Made by a program: the position numbers and the translations under genes
Source of the DNA: an uncultured Gemmatimonadaceae bacterium
Lineage (GTDB): Bacteria > Gemmatimonadota > Gemmatimonadetes > Gemmatimonadales > Gemmatimonadaceae
Direction: 5' to 3'
NCBI GenBank assembly: GCA_963781585.1
Contig: CAWAGQ010000007.1
Location: forward strand, 288,001-352,000
DNA: 64,000 nucleotides
The notes under the pieces: generated by a model
Database searches by the model: none
What the model was told of the DNA's origin: nothing
What the model saw: only the letters and a program-made list of their open reading frames with translations
Shown here: positions 58,293 to 64,000 of the stretch, in pieces
Layout: every line of letters begins with the position of its first letter
How positions within the stretch are numbered: the stretch's first letter is position 1

Positions 58293-59699
58293 CTAGAATG
58301 CGAACCAGATGTACAGGTACAGCGCGTCATTATCGCGCGCGTTCCGGCCGGCGGCGGACACATCGTAGGAAGTCGCCGACCCGTTGAACCGCTGGTACAG
58401 TACGTACTGTAGTCCCAGACGCGTGTTGAGCCACGGATTCACGGCGAACTCGACGATCTCACCGCTCGTCCGTGGACTCCCCGACCGGCTTCCGCTCACC
58501 GGTGCGGCGGTGTACTGCAAAACATCTCGCGATCCAGTCGTGGCGAAATACGCCAACGAGGTGGAATAGGTGGTCCCGAAGCCGTAGAGCGCGCTCAGGC
58601 GCAGGGAATTCAGCGAGTTGGATCCATTCGCGGATGCCGGCGGCGAGAGCGCGCGGGATCCGGCCGGCGATTGCCGTTCGTGCGTGAAGCTTGCTCGACC
58701 AACTATCAGACGATTGTTCCTCTCGTGTTCGATTTGCGCGTCCACCCCGACATCGGTGTAGCCGTTCGCCGGCGTCGATGACCCTGCAGGGTAGACGTGC
58801 GCCCAGAGACCGAACGTCCCGACCATCAGGTAGAAGGGTCCGGTGCGATTCTGCAATGCCACACGCCAGTACGGCGCGATGCCTCGCGTCGTATTGGCTT
58901 CTGTGGAATCGACCAGCGTACGTGGTCCCTGCGGGGCCGAGGCGTACCCAGTCACCTCGGCGTACAGCATGTTGCCGATCAAGGCGTAGCCACCCAGGCC
59001 GAGAACCGATTGCGCGAGCGCACCGTCCACGACGGGGGCGGCGCTCGGGTGCGGTGCGAGCCCCGGCGACGTGAATGGATAGCTCCACGCCGGCGCAGTG
59101 TTCCACACGTCCTGCACGGTCGGATTGTTGTGCAGGGTCAGGCCGTACAGCACATCCTGTTGCCCCACCCTCGTGTGCGACGCGAAGCGCAGGTCCGAAT
59201 TGTCGATCCCGATCTTTCCACTGATGTCCTCGTAGGTCACCTGGATCAACGTCCCCAGCTTTGGGCTGATCTCTCCGCCCAGAAACAGGCTCAATTCCTG
59301 CGGATACTCGCTGCGCGCAGCCGGTGTCCCCGGCAGAGCCTTCCGCACTCGCGTCGCCGAGACGACCGCCATGAGCGACAGGCCAGGTATTGGCGAGAGC
59401 TCGAGTGACCTCCGCGACGCGCTGTCCAGCTGTTCGACGATCTGCGGAAGGCCGGACAGCGTATACCCGTTGAGTTTGAAGAGCCGCCCGAAACGCGTGA
59501 GTTGCGGGAATCCTCCCAGGTGGCAAACGGCGCAACTGAGCTTCATCTGCCGCGCGAAGGAGGGAGTGCGTGCGGCCACGCGGCGAGCGAGCGCCGCGAC
59601 GGGCACTGGATGGCTGCCCTCGCGAGCGGCTTCGTGGTGCGCTCGCGGTATGCTTGCGACGACCGAAAGCGCTGCGGACAGGGTCAGCACGCCCTTCAT
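58293..59699 (-). CDS. cyc2: Cyc2-like monoheme cytochrome c-porin fusion (copy B, 468 aa)
   Basis: Signal peptide; TPSFARQMKLSCAVCHLGGFPQLTRFGRLFKLNGY; beta-strand-rich body; terminal LYLYIWFAF. Confidence 0.75.
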   Translation of the reverse strand: MKGVLTLSAALSVVASIPRAHHEAAREGSHPVPVAALARRVAARTPSFARQMKLSCAVCHLGGFPQLTRFGRLFKLNGYTLSGLPQIVEQLDSASRRSLELSPIPGLSLMAVVSATRVRKALPGTPAARSEYPQELSLFLGGEISPKLGTLIQVTYEDISGKIGIDNSDLRFASHTRVGQQDVLYGLTLHNNPTVQDVWNTAPAWSYPFTSPGLAPHPSAAPVVDGALAQSVLGLGGYALIGNMLYAEVTGYASAPQGPRTLVDSTEANTTRGIAPYWRVALQNRTGPFYLMVGTFGLWAHVYPAGSSTPANGYTDVGVDAQIEHERNNRLIVGRASFTHERQSPAGSRALSPPASANGSNSLNSLRLSALYGFGTTYSTSLAYFATTGSRDVLQYTAAPVSGSRSGSPRTSGEIVEFAVNPWLNTRLGLQYVLYQRFNGSATSYDVSAAGRNARDNDALYLYIWFAF

Positions 59700-60082
59700 G
59701 GCTTCACCTTGCCCTGGCCGACCGACCACACGTAGGACGCCACACTGAGGGCGTCGGAGCGCGAGATGCCGCCGGGAAAGGCGACCATGAGCGTCGAAGG
59801 GACGCCATGGGTAACCACGAAGAAGATGTTCTTGAATTCACCGTTCTTGGCGTCTCGCCACTTGTGCGCCTTGAGTGTCGGCGCGACCTGCGTGCCCTCG
59901 AGGTGCGGGCCGTGACAGGCGAAACACGTCCCCTTGCCGTGAAAGATCGCGCGGCCCGCGTCGACCATCACCGGAGTGATGGCACTGGTGTCAGGTTCGG
60001 CCGGCACGGCTTGCTGCCCCCCTTGCCAGAGAATAGCCAGCAGCGCGCACGCGGACGCCAGTCGACCCTGAGGCCGCCACAT
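59696..60082 (-). CDS. periplasmic monoheme cytochrome c
   Basis: Signal peptide; GRAIFHGKGTCFACHG; candidate distal Met in GVPSTLMVAF; ATGA overlap with the downstream gene. Confidence 0.92.
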   Translation of the reverse strand: MWRPQGRLASACALLAILWQGGQQAVPAEPDTSAITPVMVDAGRAIFHGKGTCFACHGPHLEGTQVAPTLKAHKWRDAKNGEFKNIFFVVTHGVPSTLMVAFPGGISRSDALSVASYVWSVGQGKVKP

Positions 60083-60104
60083 CGTGAGGTCGATCGCTGG
60101 AGGG

Positions 60105-61505
60105 CTAGTACGCGAACCAGAGGTAGAGATACAGCGTGTTGTTGTCGTGCGCGCTGCGACCGTTCGGCGTCACGTCATACGCCGAAGACGATCCGTTGAA
60201 CTTCTGATAAATGACGTACTGGGCGCCAAGTCGCACATTCAGCCAGGGGTTCACCGTAAGCTCGACAGTTTCTCCGGAACTCGCCGGACTTCCAGTGCGG
60301 CTTCCGGTCACCGGCGCCGTGTCGTAGAGCACATGATCGGTCGAACCGGACACACCGAAGTACCCAACTGTGAGCGTCTTCTGCTGGTCAGGGAGGAACG
60401 ACAGGTTGAACTTGTAGGAGTTCAACTTGTTCGAGTTGTGTTCGGCCTCGTCCGCCGGGAATGACGCTGACAGCGTCTGGCTCTCGTGGATGTAGCTTGC
60501 GCGACCGATGAGCATGCCGTTCCCGACCTTGTGCTCGAGCTGGCCATCGACGCCGACGTCCGTGAAGTGATTGGTGGGCCCGATGATGCCGGTGGGGTAG
60601 ATCTGCGCGGAGAGTCCGAACGCCCCGAGCATGAGGTACGACGATCCGAAGTCGTGCTGCACAGCAAGGCGCCAGTAGGGAGAGACGGTCCGGGTCGTAT
60701 TCTCGGCGCTGTCGTCCAGCGGCAGCGTCGTCCCCTGTGGCGCGGCCACATATCCCGTGAGTTCGGCGTAAACCGTGTTGTCGATGAGCGAGTACGCTCC
60801 CAACCCGAGCACCGACTGCGCCAGCGCATCTTCGATGACGGTCGCCGCCGCGGGTGTCGGAGCCACGCTCGCCGAGGTGAAGGGGTAACTCCACGCCGGC
60901 GTCGAGTTCCACACGTCCTGCACCGTGGGGTTGTTGTGCAGCGTCACACCGTAGAGGAGATCGCGGTCGTGTATCATGGTGTGACTGGCGAAGCGAATGT
61001 CGATATTGTCGATCCCGATCGTCCCCGCCTGATCCTCGTAGGTGAATTGGCTGAAGATGCCCATCTTGGGCGCGATGGCCGATGCGGCGAACAGACTGAT
61101 CTCCTGGGGAAACTGCGCCGTCAGGGTCTGGCTGTTTGGAGTCGCCGTGGCGATGTGCGTCTCGTCGATGATCGCCATCAGGGAAATCGGCGCGATTGGC
61201 AAGAGCTGGAGCTGCGTCGCCGACGCGCTGTCCTTCTGGGCGACAATAGACTCCAGTCCGTTCAGCGTGTATCCGTTGAGCTTGAAGAGGCGGCCAAATG
61301 GCGTGAGTTGCGGAAACCCGTTGTGGCACGCGGTGCAGGCAAGCTTCGTCTGCCGCGAAAAGCTCGGAACCCGCAAGCGGGCGACCACCGCAGCAAACGC
61401 CGCGTGGCTCCCGATCTCCGGTGCAGTCGAACTGGGCCGGACCGCGCCCGTACGAGGGGCCGTTCCCAGGTGCAGCGTGGTGACAATGGCGGCGAACATC
61501 AGCAT
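60105..61505 (-). CDS. cyc2: Cyc2-like monoheme cytochrome c-porin fusion (copy A, 466 aa)
   Basis: VPSFSRQTKLACTACHNGFPQLTPFGRLFKLNGY; beta-barrel-like body; terminal LYLYLWFAY; GGAG RBS before ATG 61505. Confidence 0.75.
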   Translation of the reverse strand: MLMFAAIVTTLHLGTAPRTGAVRPSSTAPEIGSHAAFAAVVARLRVPSFSRQTKLACTACHNGFPQLTPFGRLFKLNGYTLNGLESIVAQKDSASATQLQLLPIAPISLMAIIDETHIATATPNSQTLTAQFPQEISLFAASAIAPKMGIFSQFTYEDQAGTIGIDNIDIRFASHTMIHDRDLLYGVTLHNNPTVQDVWNSTPAWSYPFTSASVAPTPAAATVIEDALAQSVLGLGAYSLIDNTVYAELTGYVAAPQGTTLPLDDSAENTTRTVSPYWRLAVQHDFGSSYLMLGAFGLSAQIYPTGIIGPTNHFTDVGVDGQLEHKVGNGMLIGRASYIHESQTLSASFPADEAEHNSNKLNSYKFNLSFLPDQQKTLTVGYFGVSGSTDHVLYDTAPVTGSRTGSPASSGETVELTVNPWLNVRLGAQYVIYQKFNGSSSAYDVTPNGRSAHDNNTLYLYLWFAY

Positions 61506-62003
61506 GGGGAGCTCCGTGGCTGAAACTTCAGCAGGATGAAGCCAGCATCGACGCCTGCGAGAATCTCCGAGGCCGCGTCGGCGCGTCAAGTCCCGCGGGT
61601 GCGAATCACAATTCGGGACAGTTGCCCGCATCGGGGTCTTCCGTTGCCCAGCGCGATGGGGACCTACGTCACCTGGGCGAAGGTGACCGACAACAGACTG
61701 AAGGATAGTGGGAAATGCCAGACACCGTGTCGGGGATCTCCCGACAAGGCGAGACACGCTGGATTGACGCATCGCGCCGCCGCCCCGCTGCAGAGTTCCG
61801 CCAGGCGCCGGGCGCCTCGCTTCGTGCGAAGAAAGGCAGCAGGCTCGTGCCTAACGAATTGGAATCATGCGTCTCGCGGACATTTCACGGCGCTATGCCG
61901 CAGTACTTGATCGCTGGCGTTCTTATTGCGCGCCACACCCTGCACGGGCGCTGACCGCACAGGACGCTGCGTCACGAGCGCAATTCGTCAGGTACGCACG
62001 AGC

Positions 62004-62032
62004 TTGACACAATTCGAAAGCACCGGTACCGT
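62004..62032 (+). promoter_or_regulatory. sigma70-type promoter of the right-edge operon
   Basis: TTGACA-N17-TACCGT, ending 47 bp before ATG 62080. Confidence 0.55.
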
Positions 62033-62079
62033 GTGCGCTCCCTGCACCGCACGTTGGCGCTGAACCGCGGTAGGCTGCG

Positions 62080-62619
62080 ATGGCTGACCTGGATATCACG
62101 TCCAGCTCCACGAACACGGTCGATGTCGTCGGTCTGAATGACATCAAGGCGGATCTCAAGCTCGAGTTGCCGCAGCCGCTGAAGACCGAGTCGTCGTACG
62201 ACTACGACATCAAGGCCGAGGTCGGTACGAAGTCGGATCTTGCGATCGAGCCGCTCAAGGCCGATCTCGGGACCACATCGCGGCTGGCAATCGATCCCCT
62301 CAAGACCGACAGCAGCGTCACCCTCGACCTGAAGCCGGCGGTGGTGGACCTCTGCCTCACGCTGAACATCGGCAAGGTGCCGAGCGTGTGCATCCGCCAG
62401 CCCTACTACCATCACTTCGGATTCACGCTCTTCGGCACCGAGGTCTGGGGGTTCACCGTATCGGGCGAGCAGGAGACGGTGGTGCAGGAGCTGGACCGCC
62501 ATCCGCACGTTGCGGTCGGCAGCGCGACTCCGCGCTGGCCGTCGCCGCATGCGTCGTCCCCAGCGGGCCAGCCGCCGACTCGTCACGCCGGCGGACTCCG
62601 GATCCGCATCGGGCCCTAA
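62080..62619 (+). CDS. hypothetical protein with 15-aa internal repeats
   Basis: IKAEVGTKSDLAIEP / LKADLGTTSRLAIDP; strong GC3 codon bias; no signal peptide. Confidence 0.8.
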   Translation: MADLDITSSSTNTVDVVGLNDIKADLKLELPQPLKTESSYDYDIKAEVGTKSDLAIEPLKADLGTTSRLAIDPLKTDSSVTLDLKPAVVDLCLTLNIGKVPSVCIRQPYYHHFGFTLFGTEVWGFTVSGEQETVVQELDRHPHVAVGSATPRWPSPHASSPAGQPPTRHAGGLRIRIGP

Positions 62620-62630
62620 CGAGACAGCAT

Positions 62631-63515
62631 GTGCCCGAGTCGCCTCCCGCTCCCCTCCGCATCGTCGGAGTCTCCGAGGCCGAGCCCATTCTGCTCAGTG
62701 GGCCGCCAGGCAGGCTGAGCGGTCGCGTCCAGCTTCAGAATCCACGCGGCGTCAGTCTCGTTTTCCGCGACGCGACGCTGAGGGATCCGTCCGGCGTCCT
62801 CACCGGCCGCCCATCGCGTCACGCTTCCGGACCGATCGTGTTGCGCCCGGCGCAGGAGCGGACAGTCCCGCTCAACGTGGCCGTCGATCCAACTACTCCT
62901 CCCGGGGACTACCGGGCCGAGGTCGACTTGATGGGCCAGTCGCGTCCGGCGCTGCTGCGCGTGGCGGAGGTGTTCGATCTGACCGTGCAGCCTGACACGC
63001 TCGTCATCGACAACCGCGCCGACAGGCCACAGCAGAAACGTGTCATCGTCACCAACGACGGGAATGTCCCATTCACGGTCGGTGACATCGGCGATGTGGG
63101 ACTCCGCGATGACGTCATCTGGGAAAGGGACCTGCGGCTCATCGTCCAGCCGTGGATCAGGAGAGACCCGGATGCCGACGAGCTCTGCAGCGCATTGCTC
63201 GCGCTGGCGCGCGAGCGAACCCCTCCCGTGAGCGTCGTTTCGGTGCGCAGTGCCGATGGAGCGGTGCACGTGCGCCCGGGAGAGACCGCCACCCTCGATC
63301 TCGCGATCACGCTCCGGGACGCTCTGCCGGCCGCCGGACGATTTCGCGGTCGTGCCGCTCTGTTGACCAGGGATCTCGACATTGTCGTCGTTTCGTCAGG
63401 CGGCCACGGGCACCACGAGGGTCCGCACCCACCGGCCCGACGCGCCGCCTTTACGCCGCCGTCCGCCAGAACTGAATCGACCAAGCCCACCAGGAAGCGA
63501 GGAGGTGGAACGTGA
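62631..63515 (+). CDS. hypothetical protein, probably two Ig-like beta-sandwich domains
   Basis: VQLQNP...VLRPAQERTVPLNVAVDPTTPPGDYRAEV and IVTNDGNVPF...VRPGETATLDLAITL...GRFRG. Confidence 0.75.
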   Translation: MPESPPAPLRIVGVSEAEPILLSGPPGRLSGRVQLQNPRGVSLVFRDATLRDPSGVLTGRPSRHASGPIVLRPAQERTVPLNVAVDPTTPPGDYRAEVDLMGQSRPALLRVAEVFDLTVQPDTLVIDNRADRPQQKRVIVTNDGNVPFTVGDIGDVGLRDDVIWERDLRLIVQPWIRRDPDADELCSALLALARERTPPVSVVSVRSADGAVHVRPGETATLDLAITLRDALPAAGRFRGRAALLTRDLDIVVVSSGGHGHHEGPHPPARRAAFTPPSARTESTKPTRKRGGGT

Positions 63516-64000
63516 ACGCCACCATGACAGGCACGACGCCCGACTGGATGAACCTGACATTTTCCGACTGGATGGAGCGGACGCTGCCCGGGTGGCAGGA
63601 CCGAAGCTACGGCGATCTCCTGCGGGCCACGCCCGCTGACTGGTGGGCCATGATGTATCCGTCCACGGCGACGACCGCCACACCGCCGTCGCCGTCGAAG
63701 CCCGGCTGGCGTCGACACCCGCACCATCACCACGCCGGCTGCGGCTGCCACGAACATGGCGAGCATCGTGAATGGCGGCGTGAAGAACAGCACCATCACG
63801 ATCGTCCCTGCGGCCGCTGCGCGCCTGATTCGTGCGAGTGCTTCTGCTGCATTGGAGACGTCGACCTGGCGGTCTACGCACGGCTCGGTGAGCAGCGGGT
63901 CATTCCGATCGTGGTGGAAAACGAGCGGCGTCGTGAGAAGGAGATCAGCCTCGAGCTCAGCGGCTGGACCACCCGCGGCGGAAAGCCGGCGCCAATCGAC
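63512..64000 (+). CDS. His/Cys-rich hypothetical protein, 3' truncated by the window edge
   Basis: Not in the ORF track; GTGA overlap with the previous stop and GGAGG RBS; HPHHHHAGCGCHEHGEH...HHHDRPCGRCAPDSCECFCCIGDVDL. Confidence 0.8.
   Translation, partial: MNATMTGTTPDWMNLTFSDWMERTLPGWQDRSYGDLLRATPADWWAMMYPSTATTATPPSPSKPGWRRHPHHHHAGCGCHEHGEHREWRREEQHHHDRPCGRCAPDSCECFCCIGDVDLAVYARLGEQRVIPIVVENERRREKEISLELSGWTTRGGKPAPID

Noticed and set aside
61602..61615. LexA (GAAC-N4-GTTC) box
   Set aside because: Sequence is GAAT-N4-ATTC, mismatched at conserved positions, and the adjacent genes are not SOS-like
61506..61772. N-terminal extension of the 555-aa cyc2 ORF
   Set aside because: An RBS and hydrophobic leader at ATG 61505 and length parity with the paralogue favour the shorter start

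Overview
High-GC chromosomal window. The gene content (PadR plus duplicated orphan ABC permeases, VPS10/BNR propeller proteins with GGRGG inserts, TolB/TPR proteins) suggests a Gemmatimonadota- or Acidobacteriota-like organism; this is inference. Many genes carry single-base frameshifts, most likely uncorrected long-read errors, so several CDS were stitched across frames. No rRNA, tRNA or CRISPR array was seen. Highlights: (1) a minus-strand operon of two Cyc2-like cytochrome-porin fusions flanking a monoheme cytochrome c and followed by DoxX (57832-61505), a candidate outer-membrane-to-quinone electron conduit; (2) a divergent operon of three unannotated proteins (15-aa repeat protein, Ig-like protein, His/Cys-rich protein) running off the right edge; (3) a Fic, AAA_14/DUF4143, GHKL-ATPase cluster with palindromic operators; (4) an M15 peptidase, MpaA, SpmAB-fusion operon suggesting murein-peptide uptake and catabolism; (5) an accessory island with a HEPN-like gene, a complete ISL3 element with 8-bp target duplication and a secreted S1 protease; (6) PadR promoters with operators and several REP-like repeats.
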